A stretch of DNA of 64,000 nt, taken from positions 1-64,000 of IMG/VR virus record IMGVR_UViG_3300020577_011595. One strand, given 5' to 3'. The translations under genes and the position numbers were made by a program. This DNA comes from a virus. Lineage: Duplodnaviria; Caudoviricetes. Of the stretch, positions 1-9,522 are shown in pieces. Positions within the stretch are counted from its first letter, which is position 1. The number at the start of each line of letters is the position of its first letter. The notes beneath the pieces were generated by a model that was given only the letters and a program-made list of their open reading frames with translations, made no database searches and was not told the DNA's origin.

Positions 1-375
1 CGCGCGCTCCTCCGCCTCACTCTGATCGATCCACGACTGAACCCCGCTCGCGGGAGCCTGCCCGTAGCCCTGGGGAGCACCCTGGGGCGGACCGTAGCCC
101 TGGGGAGCACCCTGGGGCGGACCGTAGCCCTGGGGCGGACCGTAGCCCTGGGGCGGACCGTAGCCCTGGGGCGGACCGTAGCCCTGGGGCGGGCCGTAGC
201 CCTGGGGAGCACCCTGGGGCGGGCCGTAGCCCTGGGGAGCACCCTGGGGCGGGCCGTAGCCCTGGGGAGCACCCTGGGGCGGGCCGACGATCGGCCGCAC
301 GTTGCTCGGGTTGGCGATCTCGAACATCAGCGCCGGGTTGTGCGGGTGCGAGGCCCAGCCGTGGGGGATCTCCAT
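1..375 (-). CDS. Partial protein with N-terminal GYGPPQ(GAPQ) repeats; possibly an ssDNA-binding/recombination protein (runs off the window)
   Basis: Not in the ORF track. ATG at 375 with an upstream GAAGGAGAG RBS; I translated [41 protein letters not shown]...[12 protein letters not shown], open to base 1. Function is inferred only from its position after polA and the UvsY-like gene. Confidence 0.75.
   Translation of the reverse strand, partial: MEIPHGWASHPHNPALMFEIANPSNVRPIVGPPQGAPQGYGPPQGAPQGYGPPQGAPQGYGPPQGYGPPQGYGPPQGYGPPQGYGPPQGAPQGYGPPQGAPQGYGQAPASGVQSWIDQSEAEERA
62..285 (-). repeat. Coding tandem repeat mixing 30-bp ([10 protein letters not shown]) and 18-bp (GYGPPQ) units
   Basis: cgtagccctggggagcaccctggggcgg(a/g)c and cgtagccctggggcggac are repeated on the plus strand; unit lengths are multiples of 3. 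Confidence 0.95.
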
Positions 376-386
376 CGTTCTCTCCT

Positions 387-1133
387 TCACTCGGGGGTCG
401 ACGCCGTACGCGTCGACCCAGGGGGGTTAGCGGATAGCCAGGCTGCGAGGTCGGCCGCGCTGCCGGATGCTGCGACGATGTTCTCGGCCTCGCGGCGCAT
501 CGCCTCGAAAGCGCCGATCGCGTCGGGCGCGTCGTCGTCGTCCCGCTGCGGCATCCCCTTGCGCTCGGCGCCCAGGTAGCCGCCGAGCAGGCGGCCCGCT
601 TCGCGGATGTGCTCAGACTTCATCTTGAAGGCCCACTTCAGATCGTCGAAGACCCCCGCGACAGCGCGAAGCCGGCGGGGCTCGAGACTCATGCGCTCGT
701 AGTCGGGGTGATCCCGGTACGCGGCCTCCGTCTCGGCGACCGTGGGTCGCGCCGCCGCCTTCGGCGCCTTGGCGGCCTTCTTCTTCTCGCCTTCCGCGGA
801 GGGCTCGGGCTCGCTCGCGGGCACGTCGCCCGTCGACGCGCGTGCGGCGCGGTACTCCAGCTCCTTCGCGCTCTTCCACTTCACGTAGCGGATCTCGGCG
901 ATGTCGGCCGCGTACTCCGCGGCGCGTTGATAGCGGGCCATCTCCGCGTAGAGGTTCGACACGAGCTGCCCCTCGATGGGCAGGTTGTCCGCGTCGACGA
1001 TGAGCAGCGCGTGCAGGTTCGCGTGATCGCACACGACCGGGGGACCCCCGAGCGGGTCATCCCACGTCGCGCGAGCCGGCATGACGAGCCGGAGGTTCTC
1101 GAGGAGCTTTTCGATCTTCTGGTGGAGCGCCAT
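387..1133 (-). CDS. Putative UvsY-like recombination mediator
   Basis: Helical protein; [18 protein letters not shown]...[16 protein letters not shown] resembles the UvsY C-terminal pattern; adjacent to polA. Confidence 0.45.
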   Translation of the reverse strand: MALHQKIEKLLENLRLVMPARATWDDPLGGPPVVCDHANLHALLIVDADNLPIEGQLVSNLYAEMARYQRAAEYAADIAEIRYVKWKSAKELEYRAARASTGDVPASEPEPSAEGEKKKAAKAPKAAARPTVAETEAAYRDHPDYERMSLEPRRLRAVAGVFDDLKWAFKMKSEHIREAGRLLGGYLGAERKGMPQRDDDDAPDAIGAFEAMRREAENIVAASGSAADLAAWLSANPPGSTRTASTPE

Positions 1134-1150
1134 GTTCCCTCTCCGTGCAC

Positions 1151-3406
1151 CTACGCGATAGCGAACGTGCCGTCGTCGTAGAGCTTGATCTCACGCTTCT
1201 GCGACCAGTCCCTCGTCGTCATCGCGACGTTCGTCCTGATCGGCACGCCGAGCTTGCGGCCGCGGTCCTGGGAGAACATGGGCCAGTCCTCCATCGCGCG
1301 AACCATCTTCACGGTCATCGACGCCCACGGCGCGGAGAGCGGGAGGTCGTAGACCAACTCGTCGTGGATCGTCTGAACCATGCGCCCGCCGATGCTCTCG
1401 GCCATCGGGCGCGTGCGGATCATCGACTCCTTCATCAGGTCGGCAGCGGTCCCGCTGATGATCGAGGACATCATCTTCCGCTCCGCGCGCTCACGTTCGT
1501 ACTGGTCGTGCGAGGCGATCTCCTTGATCCGCCGGGGGCGCCCGAAGGGGTTGACGAACGAGCAGTTGTTGCGCCGCATCTCCAGCGCGAAATCCTTACG
1601 GAACTGGAGGATCCCGCGGTACCGATCGAAGTAGCGGCGCAACACCTCGGCGGCCTCTCGGCGCTTCCCTTCGGGGTCCGCGAAGTAGCCGGGGAGCCGG
1701 AGCGCCAGGCCCACCTCCGTCATGCCGTAGCTGTTGCCGAAGTTGACCTCCTTCGCGACGCGACGCGTGATCCCGAGCTGGTCGGCGACCATCTGGTGCA
1801 CGTCGAGCCCCTCGACGTAGGCCCGCACGAGATTCGGGTCCTGGCAGAACCACGCGAGCACGCGCAGCTCGATCTGCGAGAAGTCGACGAAGATGCGGAT
1901 GTGCCCCTCGGGCACGACGAAGTACCGCCGCACCGAGACGGTGTTCTCGACCGGCAGCGCGCGGAGCTTGCGCGCGGCGAGGCTGACATCGTCCTTCTGA
2001 ACCGCGCGGCCCTCCTCGGCGGCCGCCTTCACTTCGTCCTTGAGGCAGGAGGCGCAGTGGCAGTCCCACAAGTGCAGCGGGTAGCCCGCCATATTCTGCG
2101 CGTTGGGGTCCGCCGACGAGAGCCGGCCCGTGACGGGAACGCCGCCCTCGTCGCGCTGCTCCAGTTGATTGTAGGAGGGGTTGATCGTGCCGCGCGCCTC
2201 TGAGTAGAAGCGCAGGAACGACCCCGCGTAGGTCGAGTGCAGCTTGAGCACGTCGGCGAGCGCGTCGACGGCGTTGAGCAGCGCCCGATGCTCCGGGTAC
2301 GCGTGTTTCAGGAGTTGGCGGGCCTCCCAATCCGCGCTGGGCTTCGCGTCCTTCTTCGTGTGCTTCTGAGGTTGGAGCTTGAGCTTCGTGAAGAGCAGCT
2401 CGCGCAGCTCCTCGCCACTGGCCTCGAAGGTCTCGTCGATCAACCCGGGCGCGAGCTGCCGGCAGACATCGAGCCAGTGGTGCACGGCGTCGCCGGTCCG
2501 CTCGTGCGCGTCCTGAATCGCGGCCTTCGACGCGGGCAGCCCGTGCCACTCCATCTCCAACAGGGCGTCCGCGACCGCGTGCTCGCGCTGCCACACCGCC
2601 GCGAACTCCCGCCGGGTCCGCGCATACTGCACCTCGGCGAGCCACCACGTGTAGACGACGTCGTGGATCGCGTACGTCCCGCAGAGGCGGATCGGGGTGC
2701 GAGCGTAGCCGTACCGCTGAAGGTACGTCGGGGTGAGCATCGCCCGGATGACGCCGCCGAGCTTCGCGATCTGCTGCTTGGAGTGCCGCTTGTATGAGAT
2801 CCCGAGCTGGCGCGCGTCCTTGTGCATCCACGCGTCGAGCGCGCTCTCCTCACCCTTCGCGGTCTCCGTGCAGTATTTCTCGGCGAGGTCCTTCAGCCCG
2901 AAGCGCGGTTCGTTCTCGTTGTGCACCGTCGCAGCGATCCCGACGTCGACGTAGGGCAGGTGCAGCTCGACGCCGTCGGCGCGCGCGATCTTGCGATCGA
3001 ACTTCGCGTGGTAGGTGCGGACCTCGGGACCCGAGGTCCTCGAGAAGAGCTGCGAGAGCCGAGCCGAGACCTCATCCACGCGAAGCTGCGTGTCGTGCTC
3101 GTTCGCGGGCCCGACGTGCCGGATCGGCACGTACCAGCCCGTCAGCTCGTGCTCCCCGGTGCGGCAGGCGAACGAGTGCCCGCATGCGCGCGCGCCCATC
3201 TCGGGCTTGAGGCCGGAGGTCTCGGTGTCCCACGCGAAAGACGGCGCCCTCGAAAGGGTGTCGAGCATCGCGGAGAGCGTCGCCTCGTCCTGCACGAGGA
3301 CGTAGCGGATCCACGGGTTCCACCCGTCACGAGTGATGATCTGGCGCCGCGAGGGCCAGGGGTACACCGACTCCGACATCCCGGGCAGGAGGGACTGCTC
3401 ACCCAC
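1151..3406 (-). CDS. polA: Family A DNA polymerase with 3'-5' exonuclease
   Basis: ExoI WDTETSGL, TGRLSSADPNAQN, motif A VDFSQIELRVLA, motif B RRVAKEVNFGNSYG, motif C QTIHDEL. Confidence 0.96.
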   Translation of the reverse strand: MGEQSLLPGMSESVYPWPSRRQIITRDGWNPWIRYVLVQDEATLSAMLDTLSRAPSFAWDTETSGLKPEMGARACGHSFACRTGEHELTGWYVPIRHVGPANEHDTQLRVDEVSARLSQLFSRTSGPEVRTYHAKFDRKIARADGVELHLPYVDVGIAATVHNENEPRFGLKDLAEKYCTETAKGEESALDAWMHKDARQLGISYKRHSKQQIAKLGGVIRAMLTPTYLQRYGYARTPIRLCGTYAIHDVVYTWWLAEVQYARTRREFAAVWQREHAVADALLEMEWHGLPASKAAIQDAHERTGDAVHHWLDVCRQLAPGLIDETFEASGEELRELLFTKLKLQPQKHTKKDAKPSADWEARQLLKHAYPEHRALLNAVDALADVLKLHSTYAGSFLRFYSEARGTINPSYNQLEQRDEGGVPVTGRLSSADPNAQNMAGYPLHLWDCHCASCLKDEVKAAAEEGRAVQKDDVSLAARKLRALPVENTVSVRRYFVVPEGHIRIFVDFSQIELRVLAWFCQDPNLVRAYVEGLDVHQMVADQLGITRRVAKEVNFGNSYGMTEVGLALRLPGYFADPEGKRREAAEVLRRYFDRYRGILQFRKDFALEMRRNNCSFVNPFGRPRRIKEIASHDQYERERAERKMMSSIISGTAADLMKESMIRTRPMAESIGGRMVQTIHDELVYDLPLSAPWASMTVKMVRAMEDWPMFSQDRGRKLGVPIRTNVAMTTRDWSQKREIKLYDDGTFAIA

Positions 3407-3656
3407 CGAGCACCCCGAGCTGCGCGCGGAGCTGAGCCAACGAGTCGAAGTAGATCACGCCGGCCCTCGCGAGCGCCGCATCGTAGGCGTGGGAGTAGCA
3501 CCACCATCGCGAGCGCACGAAGAACCACACCTCCCAGACGGGCGTCCCGTCCTCGAGCGTGTAGAGCGGGCGCTGCGAGCGGACGGCGCGGCGCGTGCGC
3601 CACTCCGATCCAACAGGCAGCGCGTCGTCGTGCACGTTCAAGATGAGGCCTTCCAC
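3399..3656 (-). CDS. Hypothetical protein (85 aa, Trp-rich)
   Basis: GTG start at 3656 (MEGLILNVHDD...) inside the 3399..4274 ORF; its stop overlaps the polA start. Confidence 0.65.
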   Translation of the reverse strand: MEGLILNVHDDALPVGSEWRTRRAVRSQRPLYTLEDGTPVWEVWFFVRSRWWCYSHAYDAALARAGVIYFDSLAQLRAQLGVLGG

Positions 3657-3666
3657 AGCACGCCCT

Positions 3667-5262
3667 TCAGCGGCGGGCGACGCCGCCCTTCCGGTCGATG
3701 ATCCGGCCGTACTTGTCGCGGACCTCTGTGCAGTTGTGCATCGCGAGGTTGAAGAAATCGTTGCCGGAGACCATCCGGCGCTCGGCCCACATCGCCACGC
3801 TGGACAGCGACCCGAACACCTGCCGCACCTCGAGCCCTGCGGCCTTCGCGAGGTCCTTCGGCAGATCGCAGGCGAAGCCGTGCGGCGTGATCGTCGCGAC
3901 GACGTCCCCGTCTCGCTTGCGGCGCACGATCTCCATCCCGTACTCCAGCTCGATGTTCGCCCCGAGCTTCTGCTGCGCGTCCGCGAGCGCGAGGTGCATC
4001 TCCTCCTCGCTGACCTTCCGCGGCGCGGGAAGCGGCTTGCCGCTCGCCATCGTCGGCCAGCTAGCAGGACGGTCGGCGCGTGACGCGGGCGTCCTCGTCT
4101 TCTTCTCGGGCTTCTTCGAGACCTTCTCGGGCTTCGCGGCCTTCCGCGGCGGGCGCTCGCGGAGCAGCGCGCGGACGGCGGCTGCCTGCGTCCCGTACCA
4201 CGATCGGCTCTCCTCCGAGCCGCGCCACCATCCCCAGCCGTGCTTCGTCTTGCGCACCGTCCCGATCCGCGCACGGCCCTGAACCACCGCGCCGTCTGCC
4301 TGGACCTTCACGCCCTCGGGCAAGGTCTCGTTCTTCTTCACGTCGCCACCCTCCTCGGCCGGCTCTGCCGGACCATCACTGTCGTCGGTGCCCACCTCGG
4401 GCAGAACCGGCGCCGGGGGGACCGGCGCGTCGGCGTCATCGAGCATCGCCCACGTGGGCATGTCCTCCGGCGCCAGCTCGGCGCCGTCGGCGAGCTTGGC
4501 GATCCTCCGCTTCATGCGAGCGACCGCGTCGTTGAACGACAGCCGCTCCTCGATCACCGCGTCGACCTCGAGATCGGCCTTCCTGGTGAGCCGGACGAGG
4601 CCGCGCGCGATCGACGTCGGGAGGCAGGTGAACTTGTCCCTGCATCCGTGGCACGGCGCCGCGAGATCGGGATCGTAGCCTTGCGGCTCGTCTCGGTCGG
4701 GATGGCAAGCGGGCGTCCTGTGATCGGGCTGGGGGTACATGCTGCTGCTCCGCTCCCTCCTTACGCGATAGCCCATCCGGTCCAACACCCGGGCGGCCCG
4801 GAGCCGGGCGTCGGCGAGCCTCGCCGGATCGCTGATGTCGTCCTCGCCGCACTGGATCGCTTCGAGGAGCTGCTGCCAGTCGCGGCCGTCGAGCCGGTCG
4901 CGTAGGTGGGTGACAACGCTGCTCGTGACGGCGTGCTCTTCTGGGGACGGCGTGTCCTCCGCAAGAACATCCACGGACGGGCCATAGATTTGCCGAATCT
5001 GCGGCCGACCCCACGCGTCCTGCGGGCATCGGGACGCGCGCGTCTCTTGCCGGAGAAGGGCGGTCAGGCGGTGGCGCACGGCGAGGCGGGCGTAGCTCTT
5101 CGCGCCCTGCTGTCCGAGCTGGAGCCCCCAGCGCCACAGCGCGATCCGCGCCTCCTGCTGAAGGTCCGCGCGGTCGTAGCCCGCGAACGCCCCGCCGAAC
5201 CGCCGCACCTCGCGCGCGAGGATGCGAGCGACCGCGGCCTCCTCGGCCGCCAAGGCCGTCAT
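3667..5262 (-). CDS. Sigma-factor-like N-terminus fused to a 4-Cys motif and a C-terminal DUF2924/RAMA-like domain
   Basis: ATG at 5262 overlaps the upstream stop (ATGA). YDRADLQQEARIALW...SYARLAVRHRLTALLR resembles sigma region 2; GMEIVRRKRDG...FGSLSSVAMW...SGNDFFNL resembles DUF2924. Confidence 0.65.
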   Translation of the reverse strand: MTALAAEEAAVARILAREVRRFGGAFAGYDRADLQQEARIALWRWGLQLGQQGAKSYARLAVRHRLTALLRQETRASRCPQDAWGRPQIRQIYGPSVDVLAEDTPSPEEHAVTSSVVTHLRDRLDGRDWQQLLEAIQCGEDDISDPARLADARLRAARVLDRMGYRVRRERSSSMYPQPDHRTPACHPDRDEPQGYDPDLAAPCHGCRDKFTCLPTSIARGLVRLTRKADLEVDAVIEERLSFNDAVARMKRRIAKLADGAELAPEDMPTWAMLDDADAPVPPAPVLPEVGTDDSDGPAEPAEEGGDVKKNETLPEGVKVQADGAVVQGRARIGTVRKTKHGWGWWRGSEESRSWYGTQAAAVRALLRERPPRKAAKPEKVSKKPEKKTRTPASRADRPASWPTMASGKPLPAPRKVSEEEMHLALADAQQKLGANIELEYGMEIVRRKRDGDVVATITPHGFACDLPKDLAKAAGLEVRQVFGSLSSVAMWAERRMVSGNDFFNLAMHNCTEVRDKYGRIIDRKGGVARR

Positions 5263-6941
5263 GCTGCCCCCAGGACGGCGTCGCGCAGCACGGATGCGAG
5301 CGCGTCGGGGAGGTCCTTGACCTGCGGGCAGACCCTCCAATGTGGGTAGTAGTGGCGCACGTGGTCCGTTCCGATCCCGATTCCGTAGACCTCGATTCCC
5401 GAGGCCGTGACACGGCGCACCGACTCCGCGAGGTACCTCTCGCCCTGCGCCCGCCGGTTGCTGCCGTTGGGCAGGCCGTCGGACAGGACGATGAGCACCT
5501 TGCGGGCTTCGGGGCGCTGGGCGAGCCGACGAGCCTGCCACAGCACGCTCTCCCCGTCGAGGTTGTTTGCGATACCGCTTACGGCCGTGAGACCCGCCGC
5601 ATCGGGGCTGTCGAAACTCTTGAAGACGCCGTGCGCGACGACCTGTAGCGAGGCGTGCTCCGGCTCGTCTGACTGGCAAGTCCGGGCGTACGTGCTGAGC
5701 CGCTCGCCGCGTGCCGCGGCCTCGACGAGGACCCCGCGAAGGGAGGCGAAGTGCTCGTCGAGGTGCCGCGAGTTGAACCACGCATGGGGGCGGTGGCCGC
5801 TGAGCGCGCTCGTGTAGCCCGCGATCTCATGCGGCACGTGCACCCGGTCCAGCGCCTCGTGGCACGCGACCGCGCAGAGCTGGGCGGTCCGCACACGACC
5901 CGCGTGATCCATCGAGCCGGAGCAGTCGACGAGGACGGCGACGGCGGGCCGCCCGAACGAGATCACCCCGCCAGTGCGGGCGAGCCAGATCGCGTCCGCA
6001 GGCTCGGCGCCGAGCGCGAAGCCGGAGAGCAGCGAGTCGTCGATCTCGGCGCGCTCGTCATCGGTGTCCGCGGCCGGCAGCCAGCGCGTCTCGACCCGCG
6101 AGTGCAGCTCCGCCTCGAAGACCTCCGCCAGGCGCGCCGTTGTCGGCGCCGCTTCCACCGCGAGGCGCGCGTACGCCTTCACGTCCCCGGGCACCTCGGC
6201 CTCGAGATCGAAGCTGGGATCGAAGACCGTGTAGGGCGCCCCATCGTCATCCGATGCCAGCCGCTCGGCGATGGCCGCTCCGATCGCAGCCTCCGGCGTC
6301 ATCGGGGCGGCGGCGGGAAGATCCTCCGAGCTGGTGGGATCGATGCCGAGCGCGTCGAGAACCGCGCGGGCGAGCGCGATGCACGTCTCGGTCGGTGAGC
6401 CGCCAGCATCCGCGACCGGGCCAAGGTCCCCGATCACCTCGAGCCCCAGGCGCACCGCGGACACGATGCTGGGGTCGAGCTGCTCGACCTCCGCCAGCTC
6501 GGGCGCGCCGTCGGGCCGCACGAGCAACCCGAGCACGGCGATCACCCGCCACAAGAACGGCGAGCCCTCGCCGAGCCGGCCGCGGAGCCCGCGCCAGAAG
6601 TACCGATTCTTCTCGGCGAAGTTGAATCGCGATCCGGGGTAGTAGTGCCCGCGGCGGCGCTCTATGACGCCGTCTTCGATCAGGTTCGCGACGAGCCGGA
6701 GCACGCCGCCGATCTCGGCGTACCGCGCATGCTCGGTGTCGAGCGCGTGGCCGACTTCGTGGTCGACCAACCCGTGCAGGATCCGCTCGGCCCCCTCGAC
6801 CCCGAGGTCGGAGAAGTGCGCGAGCGCGGGGAGCACGATCTCGCCCGGCGCCGAGTAGGCCTCGGACCCGCGCACGGACACGCGAAGCGCGGTGTCGGCG
6901 GTCAGCATCCTGCCGAGCTGGAGCATGACGTGCTCGATCAC
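5259..6941 (-). CDS. CobT-like VWA-domain protein
   Basis: GTG at 6941 overlaps the AAA gene stop. MIDAS VLVDCSGSM, NNLDGES, VLIVLSDGLP, YGIGIG; N-terminal DHEVGH motif typical of CobT-like proteins. Confidence 0.85.
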   Translation of the reverse strand: MIEHVMLQLGRMLTADTALRVSVRGSEAYSAPGEIVLPALAHFSDLGVEGAERILHGLVDHEVGHALDTEHARYAEIGGVLRLVANLIEDGVIERRRGHYYPGSRFNFAEKNRYFWRGLRGRLGEGSPFLWRVIAVLGLLVRPDGAPELAEVEQLDPSIVSAVRLGLEVIGDLGPVADAGGSPTETCIALARAVLDALGIDPTSSEDLPAAAPMTPEAAIGAAIAERLASDDDGAPYTVFDPSFDLEAEVPGDVKAYARLAVEAAPTTARLAEVFEAELHSRVETRWLPAADTDDERAEIDDSLLSGFALGAEPADAIWLARTGGVISFGRPAVAVLVDCSGSMDHAGRVRTAQLCAVACHEALDRVHVPHEIAGYTSALSGHRPHAWFNSRHLDEHFASLRGVLVEAAARGERLSTYARTCQSDEPEHASLQVVAHGVFKSFDSPDAAGLTAVSGIANNLDGESVLWQARRLAQRPEARKVLIVLSDGLPNGSNRRAQGERYLAESVRRVTASGIEVYGIGIGTDHVRHYYPHWRVCPQVKDLPDALASVLRDAVLGAA

Positions 6942-7894
6942 GGCTGCGCCTTCATCGTCGAGGGATACTCGAAGGTACGGCAGACCATCTCGAACGCGAC
7001 CTTGTGGTCGACGGGGCTCTCCAGCTTGCGCAGGACCGCGAGCTGGGCTGCGCGGAGGACGTCCCACGGGAGGTCGTGCCTCGCCTTCGCGTCCGTGACG
7101 GGGAAGTGCTGCGTGAGCCTCGCCCACTGGATCGTCCGGCGCATCGAGAAGTCCGCGCCGAAGGTGGTCTCGTGCCTGAGCTTCTCCGCGACCCTGCACA
7201 TGCCTTCGATCATCAGCCGCCCCTCGGCCGTCTCGGCGAGCTGTGGGGCATGCAGTCGGACGATCGCCGATTCCTCCTCGCGCGCCGGGTACCCCACCTC
7301 CACGAGCATCGAGAAGCGGTCGATCAGCGCCGTGTTCATCGGCGAGGTCCCTGCGTGCCTGGCGCGGAACCGCGCGCGGGTCCCGATGGTGTTGGCCGTC
7401 GCGAACAGCCGGAACGCGGGGTGCGCGTGCACCACCTCTCCGGTCTCGGGGATGTCGATGGAGCGCGCGCCCTCCTCGAGCACGGGCTGGAGCGCGAACA
7501 GCACGTTCGCGGGTGCGGCGTCCAACTCGTCGAGCACGACCCAATGCCCGCGGCGCATGGCCTCGACGAGCCGGCCGTGATGGAACGCGAGCGTGAGCAC
7601 GCCGTCGACGGCGGCGGGGCGCTGCTGCCCGCGGAGGTGGTGCACGCGGGTCTCCCCGTTGAGGTTGAAGCGCACGCAGGGCTGCTTGCGTGCGGCGGCC
7701 ACCTGCACGGGCAGCGACGTCTTGCCGGAGCCCGGGGGGCCGACGAGCAAGACGTTCGCGTCGAGGCGCACCGCGAGGGCGAGGTCCTCGAGCAGGGCAT
7801 CGCGGAACGCGTAGGGCTGCGCCTCGGGGACCAGGTCCTCGTCGCCATCCCACGCCTCTCGCTTCGGCAGCACCAGATCACACACCTTCGGCAT
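6938..7894 (-). CDS. CobS/MoxR-like AAA+ ATPase
   Basis: Walker A GPPGSGKT, Walker B VVLDELD, FRLFATAN, MNTALIDRF. Confidence 0.92.
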   Translation of the reverse strand: MPKVCDLVLPKREAWDGDEDLVPEAQPYAFRDALLEDLALAVRLDANVLLVGPPGSGKTSLPVQVAAARKQPCVRFNLNGETRVHHLRGQQRPAAVDGVLTLAFHHGRLVEAMRRGHWVVLDELDAAPANVLFALQPVLEEGARSIDIPETGEVVHAHPAFRLFATANTIGTRARFRARHAGTSPMNTALIDRFSMLVEVGYPAREEESAIVRLHAPQLAETAEGRLMIEGMCRVAEKLRHETTFGADFSMRRTIQWARLTQHFPVTDAKARHDLPWDVLRAAQLAVLRKLESPVDHKVAFEMVCRTFEYPSTMKAQP

Positions 7895-8189
7895 CGTCGT
7901 CCTCCTTCACTTGCCCGTTGATCATCCTGCGAGCGCGGCCTGTGCCGCAGTCGAACCACCGCTCGCCCTCCTTCGGGGCGCGCTGCCAGTTGACGACGAA
8001 GTTGAGCAGCGGGTCCTCGCCGCCCTCGTCGAGGATCTCCGCCGACTTCATCATCAGCCCCGCGTGCGCGCGGAGCGCGCGACGGATGTGGACGCGGGCT
8101 TGCGCGTCGCTGACCCGGAGTCGCCGCATCACCCAACGGACGAGGTCCTCGGGGACCTCGACCGTGAGCCCCACCGTGTACCGCTTCAC
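7878..8189 (-). CDS. Hypothetical protein (103 aa)
   Basis: GTG at 8189 in a GTGA overlap; MKRYTVGLTVEVPEDL... Confidence 0.7.
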   Translation of the reverse strand: MKRYTVGLTVEVPEDLVRWVMRRLRVSDAQARVHIRRALRAHAGLMMKSAEILDEGGEDPLLNFVVNWQRAPKEGERWFDCGTGRARRMINGQVKEDDDAEGV

Positions 8190-9457
8190 GCTGCCTCCTC
8201 CGCCTTTTCGAGCTGGACGCGCGTGACGACCGTCTGGGGCGTCGTCTCGTAGTGCCCGTGCTCCTTCACAGTGGCCTTCGCCACCACGACCTTCGCGCCC
8301 GTCTCCACCCACTCGGGGAGCGACGACGTCATCCACTTCAGGACCGGCCCGTCCGCGAGCCGGATGAGGACGACCGCCGTCGACCCGTAGTTGGTGTCGA
8401 ACCAGAAGAGGCGGGTGACCTCGCCCAGCCCGAAGCCCTGGCGCTTGCCCACCTCGCCGACGTGCACCGAAGCCGCCTTGGGCGCCGAGCGGCGGATGGC
8501 CTCGCGGTCGAACGCGGGGACGATGGCGCAGAAGAGGCCGAGCGTCTTCATGCTCACGAAGGGCGCGCCGCCGACGGCGCGGAGGTTCGACAGGAAGTCC
8601 GAGCTGGGGGCCTGCGCCTCGAGCCAGGCGAGCGCGGCCCATGCGCGCTCGAAATCGGCGAGCGTGACGGTCTCGGACCAGAAGAGGCGGGCCGCTTCCT
8701 GCTCCTCGCGCTTGCGGCCGGGCCAGAGAAGGTCGGACATCACCCGCGAGGTCGCCTGCTCCTCGAACTTCTTGGGCTTGTAACCCTCGGTGCGGGCAAG
8801 CGCGAAGACGCCCGCGAGCGTGCGGATCGTGTCGGAGGCCTCCCAGCGGGCGCGGCCGCCACCACCGCCCGATTCGCTCTCCTCCAGCGCCCCGGTGACC
8901 TCGGCGACGAACGAGAGCATCGCCGCGAGGTGCGCGGGCGACTGGTGCCCCAGGAAGTCGGCGATGCAGTTGCGGCCCACGATCTTCACGGCCTCGCCGT
9001 TGCGCACCACGAAGGTCTCGGTGCGGTTGCGGACCTTGCCGCAGTGGTCGCACTGGCCGGGCTTCGCGTTGACCGCCTCGATGGGCGCCTCGACGCCGGG
9101 AACCATGAGGCGGAGGACCTGCCCCGGGATCTCCGTGTGGTTCAGCGTGCCGAGGAAGTCCCAGCCCGCGAACTTCGGGCGCGAGGTCGAGACCGTGATC
9201 GGGCGGTAGACGAAGGTGCGGCGAACGCGGCCCTCCTCGCAGAAGCCGCAGCGGCGGCCCTCGCAGGACGGGCACGTAATGCGCACCGTCTTGGCGACGT
9301 CCTCGCCCCACGTGAACGAGATCGGCGCGCCGAGCTTGGCCGCGCGCTTCGCGAGCTTCTCCAGACGGGCCTCGAGCGCCTCGACGTTCTCGCGGGGGAT
9401 CTCGAAGACCTGGGGCGCGTTCTCGGTCGTCTCGGTCGTCGTCGTGTTCGTCATCAT
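8186..9457 (-). CDS. Conserved phage early protein with Cys motifs and a C-terminal OB-fold-like region
   Basis: Start MMTNTTT directly after an AT-rich promoter; CPSC..CGFC, CDHC..GRNC; the C-terminal HVGEVGKR...KATVKEHGHYE..QTVVTRV resembles an OB fold. Confidence 0.7.
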   Translation of the reverse strand: MMTNTTTTETTENAPQVFEIPRENVEALEARLEKLAKRAAKLGAPISFTWGEDVAKTVRITCPSCEGRRCGFCEEGRVRRTFVYRPITVSTSRPKFAGWDFLGTLNHTEIPGQVLRLMVPGVEAPIEAVNAKPGQCDHCGKVRNRTETFVVRNGEAVKIVGRNCIADFLGHQSPAHLAAMLSFVAEVTGALEESESGGGGGRARWEASDTIRTLAGVFALARTEGYKPKKFEEQATSRVMSDLLWPGRKREEQEAARLFWSETVTLADFERAWAALAWLEAQAPSSDFLSNLRAVGGAPFVSMKTLGLFCAIVPAFDREAIRRSAPKAASVHVGEVGKRQGFGLGEVTRLFWFDTNYGSTAVVLIRLADGPVLKWMTSSLPEWVETGAKVVVAKATVKEHGHYETTPQTVVTRVQLEKAEEAA

Positions 9458-9464
9458 GGGGCTA

Positions 9465-9496
9465 GTTATTATCCAGAAAGCGGATACCGTCAAGCA
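9465..9496 (-). promoter_or_regulatory. Sigma70-like promoter (TTGACG -35) overlapped by a TATCC-N7-GGATA palindrome (9470-9486)
   Basis: Minus strand reads TTGACG-gtatccgctttctgga-TAATAA-ctagc in an AT-rich gap; the -10 is imperfect. Confidence 0.65.
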
Positions 9497-9499
9497 GGC

Positions 9500-9517
9500 T
9501 ATCTAACTTTCGGCTAA
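9500..9517. promoter_or_regulatory. Degenerate third operator copy
   Basis: tatctaactttcggctaa versus tatcctactttcggataa at 10881 (15/18 identical). Confidence 0.6.
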
Positions 9518-9522
9518 CTATT

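Noticed and set aside
62-285. Repeat array as a possible CRISPR
   Set aside because: No unique spacers; units are in-frame coding repeats; no cas genes nearby.
1945-2085. Intein or intron in polA
   Set aside because: Insert is too short, lacks Cys/Ser...His-Asn splice ends, and the frame is continuous.
5259-7894. Cobalamin biosynthesis (cobST)
   Set aside because: No cobN or other cob genes; generic MoxR/VWA pair.
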